Shown here piece after piece: positions 1-9,393 of a stretch of 64,000 nucleotides of DNA (its first letter is position 1; every line of letters begins with the position of its first letter). This DNA comes from Candidatus Moranbacteria bacterium GW2011_GWE2_35_2- (GTDB lineage Bacteria > Patescibacteriota > Minisyncoccia > Moranbacterales > UBA9337), in contig LBQD01000001.1 of NCBI GenBank assembly GCA_000990585.1, positions 141,501 to 205,500 of the forward strand, given 5' to 3'. The position numbers and the translations under genes were made by a program. The notes under the pieces are model-generated. The model worked only from the letters and a program-made list of their open reading frames with translations, had not been told where the DNA came from and did no database searches.

Positions 1-102
1 GCGGTTATTCTTCTTTATAACAGAAACGGCGCTTGCCGTAAAAATGGCTAATAATGTAAATATAGATACCATTAACATTAAAATGAATATTTTTTTCTCC
101 AT
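1..102 (-). CDS. N-terminus of a secreted/membrane protein (runs off the window edge)
   Basis: Hand translation MEKKIFILMLMVSIFTLLAIFTASAVSVIKKNNR...; signal-peptide-like; GGGGAGGAG SD upstream of ATG at 102. Confidence 0.6.
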   Translation of the reverse strand, partial: MEKKIFILMLMVSIFTLLAIFTASAVSVIKKNNR

Positions 103-172
103 TTTTTTCTCCTCCCCGAGAATATAAGTTTGTGGTATAATACGAATTGTTAAATTAACTATTGATTGACTT

Positions 173-1852
173 TTGATGGTCTCATATTTTCAACAATTTG
201 TCAATGAACCCTCACCCCAGCCCTCTCCCAGAGGGAGAGGGGGATTAAGGGTATGGCTAATTTCGGTTAATGTTTTTTTGGTTTTCTTTTTGATTTTGCT
301 TTTCAATCTTGGGGTTTTGCCGGTGAAAAATGTTGGAGATTTTGTTTTCTTTGCGGTGATTATTCTGTTATTTTCTCTGTACCGACCAGGGTGGGCGTTT
401 TTGTTTTTTGTGGGAACAATTGCTTTGGAAAATGTAAATTTGGCGCCAAAAGAATTGGGATTGGCAGTGCGTCCATATCAACTTTTGGGTGCGGCATCAC
501 TTTTGGCGGTAAGTGTTCGTTATTTGACCAAGCGTCTTTCATTTACATTGCCAAAATGGAATTGGATTGACGCATTGGTTTTGGTTTTTGTTGCCGGCGG
601 ATTTTTCAGCGCTCTAGCAAGCTCGATTTCCAAAGGAATTGCGTTCAAGCAATCGATCGTGATTGTAAGTTTTGCGGCGTTGTATTTTTTGACGAGAATT
701 TTCATTCAGGATATGAAAGACGTGAGAAAAATAATCCCGTATTTTTTGAGTTCGTCAGTAGTAGTCATTATTTTTGGAATTTGGCAAAATTGGCGATTTG
801 TTCGTGGACTTTCCAACTTCGAAGTGATGCCTGGGCGTCCCAACGCGACATTTTCCGAAGCGGACTGGCTGGGAATATTTTTAGTGCTTCTTATTTCTTT
901 TGTATATTCAATATTATATTATTTTCAAAACAAAGCTGGCGATGATGAAGAAAAAATTTCTAATTTCCAATTTCTAATTTCTAAACAATTTCCAATTCTT
1001 AAATTAAATAATTTAAAATTTCAAATTCAAAATTTTTTCTTATACTTAATCCTTACCTTATTATTTTTGATTCTGATATTGACGGTTGCGCGGAGTGCTT
1101 GGCTGGGGGCGGGGGTTGTCAGTGTTCTATTTTTTGTATTTTGTGTTTGGTATTATTTTAAAAATAAAAATTCAAAAATTCTCCGGATTCCCGCCTACGC
1201 GGGAATGACATTCGTAGTTGCTGTTTTGGCAATTCAAATTTTCGGTCTGACGAATTTTGAACTTGGAAATCGGATTCAAAGTACTGGGTCGGGATTGCAA
1301 GAGATTACGATTTCCTGTTTGCCAAAATCGGAGCTCAAATCTGATTTGGTGATTTCGGATGTTGGGGAGTTGGAACAATATGGATGTCGGCATATTAACT
1401 TAGAGGAAATTGAAAGTGAAAAAGCGAAAGGAAATTCCATCGCGCGAATCAAAAGAGATGATCCGAATGTGAGTATTCGCTCAGAGATCTATCAAAAATC
1501 TTGGCAGCAAATCAAAGAGCATCCGATTTTGGGAATTGGCTGGGGAAACATTTCCCAAATTTTGGGAACAGATGAAAGAGGAGCGGGGCTCAATGCGAGT
1601 AATATATTTTTGGAAATCTGGCTGGGATCGGGACTATTAGGTATTGTTAGTTTTATTGTTATTTTAGGATTAATATTAATGCAAGGTATTCGTTTATTGC
1701 ATGAAGGAATCAAGAATCAGGAATCAAGAATTATGATTTTTGGATTTTTTATTATTTTGAGCCTATGCGCGATTATTGTTCCGAATTTGTTTAATTCGGG
1801 AATTATGTTAGGATTTTTGTGGATATATTTGGCGATTGCGCAAATAAAGTAA
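173..1852 (+). CDS. O-antigen ligase (WaaL/Wzy_C) family membrane protein
   Basis: Many TM helices, RPNATFSE, TVARSAWLG, R..IY..SW..IKEHPILGIGWG, ASNIFLEIWLGSG; start codon uncertain. Confidence 0.85.
   Translation: MMVSYFQQFVNEPSPQPSPRGRGGLRVWLISVNVFLVFFLILLFNLGVLPVKNVGDFVFFAVIILLFSLYRPGWAFLFFVGTIALENVNLAPKELGLAVRPYQLLGAASLLAVSVRYLTKRLSFTLPKWNWIDALVLVFVAGGFFSALASSISKGIAFKQSIVIVSFAALYFLTRIFIQDMKDVRKIIPYFLSSSVVVIIFGIWQNWRFVRGLSNFEVMPGRPNATFSEADWLGIFLVLLISFVYSILYYFQNKAGDDEEKISNFQFLISKQFPILKLNNLKFQIQNFFLYLILTLLFLILILTVARSAWLGAGVVSVLFFVFCVWYYFKNKNSKILRIPAYAGMTFVVAVLAIQIFGLTNFELGNRIQSTGSGLQEITISCLPKSELKSDLVISDVGELEQYGCRHINLEEIESEKAKGNSIARIKRDDPNVSIRSEIYQKSWQQIKEHPILGIGWGNISQILGTDERGAGLNASNIFLEIWLGSGLLGIVSFIVILGLILMQGIRLLHEGIKNQESRIMIFGFFIILSLCAIIVPNLFNSGIMLGFLWIYLAIAQIK
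209..243 (+). repeat. REP-like palindromic element CCCTCACCCCAGCCCTCTCCCAGAGGGAGAGGGGG
   Basis: CCCTCTCCC/GGGAGAGGG stem; GC-rich patch in AT-rich context; reads PSPQPSPRGRG in frame. Confidence 0.75.
955..1034 (+). repeat. AATTTCT heptamer-repeat element, in-frame in the WaaL-like gene
   Basis: AATTTCT AATTTCC AATTTCT AATTTCT AAAC AATTTCC; same layout recurs at 18121. Confidence 0.8.
1185..1210 (+). repeat. dRS3-like palindrome GGATTCCCGCCTACGCGGGAATGACA, in-frame (RIPAYAGMT)
   Basis: ATTCCC-N8-GGGAAT; near-identical copy at 7456. Confidence 0.85.
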
Positions 1853-1867
1853 TAAAATGAAAGTAAT

Positions 1868-3022
1868 ATGATTATTGGAATTGACATTCGAAATATTGGG
1901 AAAAATCGAACCGGCGATGAGGTGGTGTTTTTTAATTTGGTAAAAAATTTGCAAAAAATTGTGCGCGAAAAGAAACAAGAAGAATGCAATTTTTTGCTTT
2001 TTACAGACATAACTGACAAAAATAAGTTGAAAGAAATCGAGAAGGATTTGGGTATAACGAAAGGCAATGGCTTTGAAATTGTGTCAATTGAGTCAAAAAA
2101 TAGATTTATTTGGAATTTGTGGACATTGCCTCGATATTTGCGAAAAAATCCGGTGGATGCTTATCACACGCAATACATTACGCCCCTTTTTGTTCCTCGA
2201 AAAATAAAAATAATCGCCACTATTCATGACGTGTCATTCAAAACGCACAAGCAATTTATTAAAAAATCAGATTTGTTTTTTTTGAGCATCCTTATTCCGC
2301 TCAGTTTCAAAAGAGCAGACAAAATAATCGCGGTATCGCAGTTTACAAAAAATGAAATCGTCAGGCATTATGGCATGGAGGAGAAAAAAATTGAAGTGGT
2401 GAATAATTCCATCGGGGATAATTTCCGCCGGGAAATTTCACAGGACGAATTAAAGAAGGTTCAAGAAAAATATAAATTGCCACAAAATTTTATTTTGTAT
2501 CTCGGAACGATGCAGCCGCGAAAAAATATTCCGTCATTGGTTGAAGCGTTTGCAAAAATAAAAAAGGATATTTTTGGAGCGAAGCTTGTGTTGGCGGGAA
2601 ATCGCAAAGCTCATAATTTTGACAAAAAGATAGACGAGGTAATTGAAAAAGAAGGATTGCGAGAGGATGTTATTTTTCCCGGATATGTGGATGAAAAAGA
2701 CAAGCCGGCATTGTTCTGCTTGGCAAAAATTTTCGCTTTCTTGTCGTTTTATGAAGGCTTTGGTATTCCTATTTTGGAAGCGATGAGTCAAAATGTTCCT
2801 GTGTTAGCTTCTGATATTCCAGTTTTGCGGGAAGTCGGAGGAGACAGATGTGATTTTGCCGCATCGGGTGATCTTGATGAAATATCAAAAAAGATGTATA
2901 ATCTTTTTATTGATGAAAACCTGCGGAGAGAGTTTATTTTGAGCGGAAAAAAACGAGCGGAAGAATTTTCTTGGGAAAAATCAGCAGAGAAATTACTGGA
3001 AATTTATCAGAGGATAATATAA
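1868..3022 (+). CDS. Glycosyltransferase family 4 (GT-B)
   Basis: IGIDIR N-terminus, TIHD, LGTMQPRKN, YEGFGIPILEAM (Ex7E). Confidence 0.92.
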   Translation: MIIGIDIRNIGKNRTGDEVVFFNLVKNLQKIVREKKQEECNFLLFTDITDKNKLKEIEKDLGITKGNGFEIVSIESKNRFIWNLWTLPRYLRKNPVDAYHTQYITPLFVPRKIKIIATIHDVSFKTHKQFIKKSDLFFLSILIPLSFKRADKIIAVSQFTKNEIVRHYGMEEKKIEVVNNSIGDNFRREISQDELKKVQEKYKLPQNFILYLGTMQPRKNIPSLVEAFAKIKKDIFGAKLVLAGNRKAHNFDKKIDEVIEKEGLREDVIFPGYVDEKDKPALFCLAKIFAFLSFYEGFGIPILEAMSQNVPVLASDIPVLREVGGDRCDFAASGDLDEISKKMYNLFIDENLRREFILSGKKRAEEFSWEKSAEKLLEIYQRII

Positions 3023-3047
3023 TTTGAATATAATAATACAATAAAAA

Positions 3048-4271
3048 ATGTGGCTTTTTTTAAGAAATAAAAAGAAAACGGGAAATGATTATATTTATAA
3101 TCCGTCAGGAAAGAAAAAAATGAAGACGTGGAAAAAAGTTTTATTGATAATAGGCGGTTTTTTATTTTTGGTTTTTAGTGCGATGGCGTGGAAAACCGGA
3201 AGTGTTTGGAAAAAAGTCGGAAGTGGGGGTATTTTGGAGAATTTATATAATACATTGCCAATCGGAGACAAGAAATTAGAAGGTGAAGATAGTGGTCGAG
3301 TCAATATTCTTCTTCTGGGAATGCGCGGTGAGGGCGTGGAAGGTGGAGGACTTTTGGCAGATACGATTATGATTGCCAGTTTTAAACCGAAAGTCGAAGG
3401 ACAGGAAAGCAAAGCTTCGTTATTTTCTATTCCGCGAGATTTTTATGTGAAAGTTCCCGGAAAAGAGTATCAAGCAAAAATTAACGCAGTATATGCCAGT
3501 GGTGAAGAAAGGACAACGGGTGGAGGATTGGAAGATATGAGTATAATTGTTAGTGAAATTGTTGGTGTTCCGATTCATTACGCGGCAAGTATTAATTTTG
3601 CCGGTTTTCAGCAATTAGTGGATAGCTTGGGCGGCGTTGATATTCATCTGGACCAACCTTTCAGTGAGGCTCTTCAATTTAAGGGATTGGAGCAACGTTG
3701 TGATAAGAATACAGTTTTTACTATTCCGTCGGGAAATTATGAAGAAAAGTGGATTCGCAGAAAAAATGGAACATATTATGATAATCCGAAAAAATATCCA
3801 CTTTGCTATGCTAATAATGCCAGTAAAAACGAGCTGGAATGCGGAGGAGATTTTGAATTGCCAGCTGGTGATATTACATTAAATGGAGAGCAGGCTCTTT
3901 GTTATGTTCGTTCGAGAGTTACTTCCAGTGATTTTGATCGTGCGCGTAGGCAACAGGAGGTCATTCAAGGAATTAAGAAAAAAGCTTTAAGCGTAGGTGT
4001 GTTGTCAGATTTTGGTGCAGTTAATAAAATGCTTGATAGTCTTGGAAATAATACGCGAACCAATATGCAATTTTGGGAGATGAATAGATTTTTTGAGCTG
4101 TATCAACAAGTAGGAGATGTTAAAATAAATCAGAAAGTTTTGGAAAATTCTGAAGAAGGACTTTTATATACTCCAACCGGAGATGAATGGAAGAAAGCGG
4201 GATACATTCTTTTTCCAAGAGGAGATAATTATGACCGAATAAAAGAAGCATTTGCAAAAATACTTGAATAG
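3048..4271 (+). CDS. LCP (LytR-CpsA-Psr) family phosphotransferase
   Basis: N-terminal TM, NILLLG, DTIMI, SIPRD, KINA, LNGEQAL.YVRSR..SDFDRARRQQ. Confidence 0.92.
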   Translation: MWLFLRNKKKTGNDYIYNPSGKKKMKTWKKVLLIIGGFLFLVFSAMAWKTGSVWKKVGSGGILENLYNTLPIGDKKLEGEDSGRVNILLLGMRGEGVEGGGLLADTIMIASFKPKVEGQESKASLFSIPRDFYVKVPGKEYQAKINAVYASGEERTTGGGLEDMSIIVSEIVGVPIHYAASINFAGFQQLVDSLGGVDIHLDQPFSEALQFKGLEQRCDKNTVFTIPSGNYEEKWIRRKNGTYYDNPKKYPLCYANNASKNELECGGDFELPAGDITLNGEQALCYVRSRVTSSDFDRARRQQEVIQGIKKKALSVGVLSDFGAVNKMLDSLGNNTRTNMQFWEMNRFFELYQQVGDVKINQKVLENSEEGLLYTPTGDEWKKAGYILFPRGDNYDRIKEAFAKILE

Positions 4272-4278
4272 ATATTAG

Positions 4279-5544
4279 ATGGAACAAAATAACACGCAAA
4301 ACTTGCAGGAAAAAAGAAAAATCTTCGGCTTATATGCCCGAAGTTTTTTCGTTTTCATTTTGTTGATTTTAAGTTTTTGGTTTGGATTGGAAAAAGGGAA
4401 ACAGGAATCATATTCATTTTCAGCGGAAAAAATTCCACTGGAAGAGTCTATTCTAATTAATAAGGAGGGTGGGAAAGATAATGCAGTGGATTTTTCCTTG
4501 TTCTGGGATGTGTGGGAATTACTTAAAGATAAATATGTTGACGTGAAAGATTTGAAGACGCAAGACTTGATATATGGTGCGATAAACGGAATGCTTTCGG
4601 CGACCGGAGATCCGTATACGATTTTTCTCAATCCTGAAGAAAATAAGCAATTCAATGAAGATATAGAAGGAATGTTCGAAGGTATTGGCGCCGAATTGGG
4701 AGTTCGGGAAGGAGTTTTAACTGTGATTGCTCCATTGGAGAATTCTCCGTCGGAAAAAGCGGGGCTTCGAGCCGGGGATAAAATTATTAAGATTGACGGA
4801 GAAGACGCTGTGGAAATGACAATTAATGAAGCAGTGAAGAAAATTCGTGGTTCAAAGGGAAGTGAAGTAAAACTTACAATATTTCGCAGCGGGGAAACAG
4901 GAGAGACAAAAGAAATTTTGATTGTTCGCGACACTATAAATGTAGATAGCGTGAAATTTGAAGAGAAAGAAAATAACATTTTCTACATTAGTGTGAGTCT
5001 TTTCGGAGATTCGACAATTCGAGAATTTCACAGTGCGATCAGAAATATTCCATCTCAAACACAAGGTTTAATTATTGATTTGCGGAACAATCCGGGAGGG
5101 TTTTTGGATGCTGCGGTGGAAATGTCCAGTCGAGCTTTGTTGAAAGGAAAAATAGTCGTTATTGAGGAAAATTCTCAAGGAAAACGAAAAGAATTGCTCA
5201 GTACCGGAGGAGATGCTTTGAGCAAGATTAAGACTGTAATTTTGATTAATGAGGGAAGCGCCAGTGCGTCGGAAATTATGGCGGGAGCACTCAGAGAAAA
5301 TCGCGATAATGTGACATTGGTTGGAAAAAAATCTTTTGGAAAAGGGTCTGTTCAAGAATTGGTTTCTTTGTCAGAAAACAGTGCTGTGAAAATCACTGTC
5401 GCCAAATGGCTCACGCCGAAAGGAAATCAAATCAATAATGAAGGAATTACTCCGGATGTGGAAGTTGATTTCACAGATGACGATTGGAATAATAATCGCG
5501 ATCCGCAACTAGATAAAGCAATTGAAATCTTGCAACAATCTTAA
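4279..5544 (+). CDS. ctpA: Carboxyl-terminal processing protease (S41A) with PDZ domain
   Basis: DPYT, GIGA, DLRNNPGG, SASASEI, FGKGSVQ, GITPD. Confidence 0.95.
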   Translation: MEQNNTQNLQEKRKIFGLYARSFFVFILLILSFWFGLEKGKQESYSFSAEKIPLEESILINKEGGKDNAVDFSLFWDVWELLKDKYVDVKDLKTQDLIYGAINGMLSATGDPYTIFLNPEENKQFNEDIEGMFEGIGAELGVREGVLTVIAPLENSPSEKAGLRAGDKIIKIDGEDAVEMTINEAVKKIRGSKGSEVKLTIFRSGETGETKEILIVRDTINVDSVKFEEKENNIFYISVSLFGDSTIREFHSAIRNIPSQTQGLIIDLRNNPGGFLDAAVEMSSRALLKGKIVVIEENSQGKRKELLSTGGDALSKIKTVILINEGSASASEIMAGALRENRDNVTLVGKKSFGKGSVQELVSLSENSAVKITVAKWLTPKGNQINNEGITPDVEVDFTDDDWNNNRDPQLDKAIEILQQS

Positions 5545-5565
5545 AAAAAAGCACCTATTTTATTT

Positions 5566-5594
5566 TGTCATTCCTGTGAAGGCAGGGAAGATCT
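5566..5594. repeat. Degenerate dRS3-like palindrome between converging genes
   Basis: TGTCATTCCTGTGAAGGCAGGGAAGATCT resembles the reverse complement of the 1185/7456 element. Confidence 0.55.
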
Positions 5595-5629
5595 ATATGT
5601 GATCAATATATAATAGAATTAAGTTAATC

Positions 5630-7126
5630 TTAATACATCAATACTGCTACCGGTTGCATTTTGACTACTGATTTTATGATTTTATTTTCTTCCATTCCGG
5701 AAATCACTTCCTCAATATCTTTGTAATAGGAGCTGTCTTGTAAGACTACTCCTTTGGAAGCGGCGTTGTATAATTTGACATGACGTTTTTCCATTTTTTC
5801 AAACAATTCTTTCTTATTATGCGCGGCATCTTCTTGGCTTTCGGCGCGTTTTCCTGTTCCGTGGCTTGCTGAAAAAAAGGATGAATCATTTTCATCCGTT
5901 CCGACTCCCAAATAGGCAGGAGTACTCATTGAAGATGGAATGAAAACCGGCTCTCCGGTTTGGGAAAACAGAGGATGATTTTTCATTCTTTGCGGACCAT
6001 CGGCGCTCACAGTTCCATTGCGATGCACCCAAACATCTTCGCCAAAATGATTCTCCTTCCGGTTGAAAATATGCGGAGTATCATAGAGTAAATCTAATTC
6101 AACTTGTCTTCCGAAAACTCTTTCCAAAGCGCGATCCAAATTGTCAGTTAGAACTGCCCGGTTGGCAAATCCGAAATTAGCACTGGCTTGGTGGGCAGTG
6201 AGATACATTTTTCCTTCCAGGCTGTCCGCTTCATAGCCCAAAAATTCATCAGAGTTTTGATATTTTTTTATTTTTTCGGCGATATTTTTGTATACTTGTT
6301 TTTTCTGGCTGTCGAAAAATGTTGTTCCGATTTTGAGCATCATTTTTTGACTGAAATGTTCTTTGGTTTTTGGTGTATACATATATGACGCGTATTGTCC
6401 GAAAAGTCCCGAGCCGGTGTGCATCAGAAAAATATATTGTCCGACTTTGAGATTAAACTTTTCCGCAATTTCATTGTCCTTGATTTCCGTTATTTTCATC
6501 AGATCCAAAAAGTGATTTCCGGCCGCTCCCAAAATTCCGAGACGATATTTTCCCACGTGAAAAAAGAATTTCGGAATCGCATCAAAAATATCCCGCTGGC
6601 TGATTTCTTCCGGAACCATATTTCCATTCATTGAGGAATTTTCCAATTCATTTTTTGTGCGACTTTTCAGGTGAGAAAGCAACGGGTCGATTCCTTTATG
6701 GGCAATGTCGACTGCCAATTGGTATGGAATTTTATTGCCGACATATTTTTTTGTCGGAATAACTTCGATCAATTCTTTGAAAAGTTCGTCGATTTTTTCT
6801 TCTGTCAGATTTTGGTCATTCAAATCGGTACGCAAAAAACGCATTCCGCAATTAGGGGCGGTATCGTTGATTTGGGGAAAAAGATGCGTTTTGCTTGCCA
6901 CGATTGTTCCGGTTGGATTTTTGCGTCCCGCCTTGGGATGCACGTCGCTCATCGCGGCGATATGGGAAAAAAGACGCTTGTCTTTTCCGAGGTTTTCCAG
7001 TTGGTCGAAGGTGTGCTGGTTGGGCAAAAGAGCATCCGAAGTGTGAAAAATCACCGGAACACTCATTTCCTTGGTTTGAAATTGCTGAAGATGCAGGTTT
7101 ATTTTTTTTGTTTTAGGTATTGACAT
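5630..7126 (-). CDS. rtcB: RtcB-family RNA ligase, divergent
   Basis: MSDVH, NCGM, GNHFL, HTGS, VHRNG, SHGTG, YKDIEEV motifs in RtcB order. Confidence 0.8.
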   Translation of the reverse strand: MSIPKTKKINLHLQQFQTKEMSVPVIFHTSDALLPNQHTFDQLENLGKDKRLFSHIAAMSDVHPKAGRKNPTGTIVASKTHLFPQINDTAPNCGMRFLRTDLNDQNLTEEKIDELFKELIEVIPTKKYVGNKIPYQLAVDIAHKGIDPLLSHLKSRTKNELENSSMNGNMVPEEISQRDIFDAIPKFFFHVGKYRLGILGAAGNHFLDLMKITEIKDNEIAEKFNLKVGQYIFLMHTGSGLFGQYASYMYTPKTKEHFSQKMMLKIGTTFFDSQKKQVYKNIAEKIKKYQNSDEFLGYEADSLEGKMYLTAHQASANFGFANRAVLTDNLDRALERVFGRQVELDLLYDTPHIFNRKENHFGEDVWVHRNGTVSADGPQRMKNHPLFSQTGEPVFIPSSMSTPAYLGVGTDENDSSFFSASHGTGKRAESQEDAAHNKKELFEKMEKRHVKLYNAASKGVVLQDSSYYKDIEEVISGMEENKIIKSVVKMQPVAVLMY

Positions 7127-7248
7127 AAAATTATTTATGTAGTATTATATTGAGTTAATAGTAGTTATTTTGAAAATTTGATATATAAATTGAGGAATAG
7201 TTTGCTTCGTCGCAGATTCCTCGCAAAGACGTTTCAGGGGGTTGCACT

Positions 7249-7479
7249 ATGAAATATGATACCACAATCGAGCCGGGAACGGAAGTTTTTCTGGCTAATA
7301 AAATCATAAGGACAAGGAGGCGCTTTTTTGTCTTAGAGGACAATGGAGAGGTGCTTCTCGTACTTAAAGTTTATGGAAAACCTAATTTTGCTAAGCATCC
7401 AAAATATGGATATCCGGTTGCAATTTGTGACAAGGTAATGTTTCGATCAATTTCTGGATTCCCGCCTTCGCGGGAATGA
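7249..7479 (+). CDS. Small hypothetical protein
   Basis: ORF with GGGGG SD-like run upstream; stop codon supplied by the palindromic repeat. Confidence 0.5.
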   Translation: MKYDTTIEPGTEVFLANKIIRTRRRFFVLEDNGEVLLVLKVYGKPNFAKHPKYGYPVAICDKVMFRSISGFPPSRE

Positions 7480-7481
7480 CA
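7456..7481 (+). repeat. dRS3-like palindrome GGATTCCCGCCTTCGCGGGAATGACA
   Basis: 25/26 identical to 1185-1210. Confidence 0.85.
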
Positions 7482-7502
7482 AAAGAAAAAAAAGGGGGGG
7501 AT

Positions 7503-7829
7503 ATGAAGAAGAAGATTTGTTTTTTGGTTTTAGGGTTGTTGCTTCTGGTTTGCATTCTTGGGAATGCAGGCGTGTTTTTTTCTGAGAAAAAACAACTACT
7601 CCGATTGAGTGAGGAAGTCGTCGCGATTTTTGTGGCATTTCCCGATGGCGAAATTATTTTAAAGCGCAATATTGGGAGTTTCCGGAGTTTATCTCCGGAT
7701 GATATCGCCTTGATTCCGGCAAAAAACGAGGATATTTCGGCGAAGTTTGTGGGGTTTTTTAGAATATCATCAATGGGGTTTGGATATGATATTCTGACGC
7801 CGGTAGCAGAAGGAGAGGAAACTTTATGA
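7503..7829 (+). CDS. Hypothetical exported protein
   Basis: MKKKIC + hydrophobic signal/anchor; poly-G SD before ATG 7503; ATGA overlap with the next gene. Confidence 0.65.
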   Translation: MKKKICFLVLGLLLLVCILGNAGVFFSEKKQLLRLSEEVVAIFVAFPDGEIILKRNIGSFRSLSPDDIALIPAKNEDISAKFVGFFRISSMGFGYDILTPVAEGEETL

Positions 7830-8152
7830 AAAAGATATTTTCTTTTTTTCTTTTTGTGGTTATACTCTCCGGATGTGTCTCGACGTCGGCGTTGTACGAG
7901 CCGGCGGAAGGTGAGGGGATTGGAGAGGGAGCGATCTCTGGAGTCGCCGCCGTTTTCGAAATTTTTGACGAAAATGGCAACCGGGGGTTCCTGACTCATT
8001 ACGAGCCGAGATTCATCGGTTCGTTATATCCCGGAAAAAAAGTTTTTCTTGCTGGCGACAGCGGAAAAACTTACGAAGCCACATTTCGTGGCTTCGTCAA
8101 GGTAAATATGGAAGGAGTCTTTGACGCATCCTTTCCAACAGCAGAGGAATAA
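7826..8152 (+). CDS. Hypothetical lipoprotein
   Basis: MKK-hydrophobic-LSGC lipobox; GGAGAGG SD. Confidence 0.7.
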   Translation: MKKIFSFFLFVVILSGCVSTSALYEPAEGEGIGEGAISGVAAVFEIFDENGNRGFLTHYEPRFIGSLYPGKKVFLAGDSGKTYEATFRGFVKVNMEGVFDASFPTAEE

Positions 8153-8184
8153 AAAGGTTCGCAACACCTTTTCAAAAAATTGCA

Positions 8185-8220
8185 AAAAGACCTAGGATCA
8201 TTTGATCAAAGGTCTTTTTT
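8185..8220. terminator. Bidirectional terminator-like hairpin
   Basis: AAAAAGACCT..GATCA/TGATC..AGGTCTTTTT between converging genes. Confidence 0.6.
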
Positions 8221-9376
8221 ATATTTTCTCGTAAATCTCCGCGTATTGTTTTGAAACATTTTTAATGTCAAAGTTTTGCTCGACATACTTTCTGGCGCTG
8301 ATGCCGAGTTTTTTTCTTTTTTCCGGATTATCGTGCAAATCTAAAATCGCAGCGGTGAGTTGCTCGACATTTCCGGCTTCGATTCGCACCGAATTTTCTT
8401 TGTTGGAAAATTCCTCAAGAATCGGAATGTTGGAAATTATCACCGGCTTGGCGCACGCCATCGCTTCCACCACCACCAACGGCACATCGAATTTACCGCG
8501 CATATTTTGTACCGGAAAAATCGAAATATCCGCCATATTATAAATATCCGCCATATTGAATTTCCCGTCGTCATGAAAAACAACTTTTTCCAAAAGGTTG
8601 TTTTTCATTAATTTTTCAACAACCTTATTTTTATTATCAGCATCTTTTTTGTTTTTCACCCGCACCGCCATCGACAATTTTGCCGTCGGAATTTTTCCGG
8701 ATACTTTGATAAAAGCTTCCACAACGTCATCCATCGCTCCCAGGCGCGTGTATTCTCCGGCAAAATTGATCACAAAATCATTCAAAGCGTAATTTTCGTT
8801 TTTCACTCTTGTTTCTTTTGGGGAATAATTTTCCAAATCTATTCCCGGATAAATCCTCTCGACGTTTTTAATTCCCAATGAGAGTAATTTTTCCTTGGCG
8901 AAATCGGAATAAGTAATAATCAAATCTCCAAACATCAAATTTTTCAATTCTTCATCTGAAAATAAATCTTGTCGCAACGTGGCAACGGTCTGAATTGATT
9001 GGATATCTGTCATCCCGGAATTTTTTCCGAAAAATATCCGGGATCCAGAAATATTAAGTACAACTCTCATCATCCCCGTATTGAATTTAGTCGGAGTAAA
9101 AAGCAAGTGTAAGATATCAAATTTATACGCATTTAAAATTAAAAACCAAAATAACCGCAATTTCTGAAAAAATCCGAAATCATTTTGCGAATGAGTATAT
9201 ATCTTTTCCTGAATAACGGAACTTGGCAATTCATCAACTTGTCCGTTAGTCATCAAGTGGAGCTCCAAATTTTTGTTATCACTCAAATCTTTCGCCAAGG
9301 TAAAGGCGAAATTTTTCGACGCTTCATCCCACGGCGGAGCGATGGGGCGGGTAATAAGAAGTATTTTTTTAGTCAT
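8219..9376 (-). CDS. Glycosyltransferase family 4
   Basis: IYPGID, KFDVPLVVVEAMACAKPVI, GT-B C-terminus. Confidence 0.9.
   Translation of the reverse strand: MTKKILLITRPIAPPWDEASKNFAFTLAKDLSDNKNLELHLMTNGQVDELPSSVIQEKIYTHSQNDFGFFQKLRLFWFLILNAYKFDILHLLFTPTKFNTGMMRVVLNISGSRIFFGKNSGMTDIQSIQTVATLRQDLFSDEELKNLMFGDLIITYSDFAKEKLLSLGIKNVERIYPGIDLENYSPKETRVKNENYALNDFVINFAGEYTRLGAMDDVVEAFIKVSGKIPTAKLSMAVRVKNKKDADNKNKVVEKLMKNNLLEKVVFHDDGKFNMADIYNMADISIFPVQNMRGKFDVPLVVVEAMACAKPVIISNIPILEEFSNKENSVRIEAGNVEQLTAAILDLHDNPEKRKKLGISARKYVEQNFDIKNVSKQYAEIYEKI
9008..9048. repeat. GTCATCCCGG...CCGGGATCC palindrome, in-frame in the GT4 gene (SGSRIFFGKNSGMT)
   Basis: ATCCCGGA/TCCGGGAT stem with an inner hairpin; same GTCAT...ATCC ends as the dRS3-like family. 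Confidence 0.7.
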
Positions 9377-9393
9377 AACAAATAGTAAGTATA

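Noticed and set aside
4275-4979. Long antisense ORFs (also 7391-7999, 13145-13663, 28113-28934, 57699-58268, 60310-61065)
   Set aside because: They overlap well-supported genes on the other strand and have Ser/Phe/Ile-rich shadow composition.
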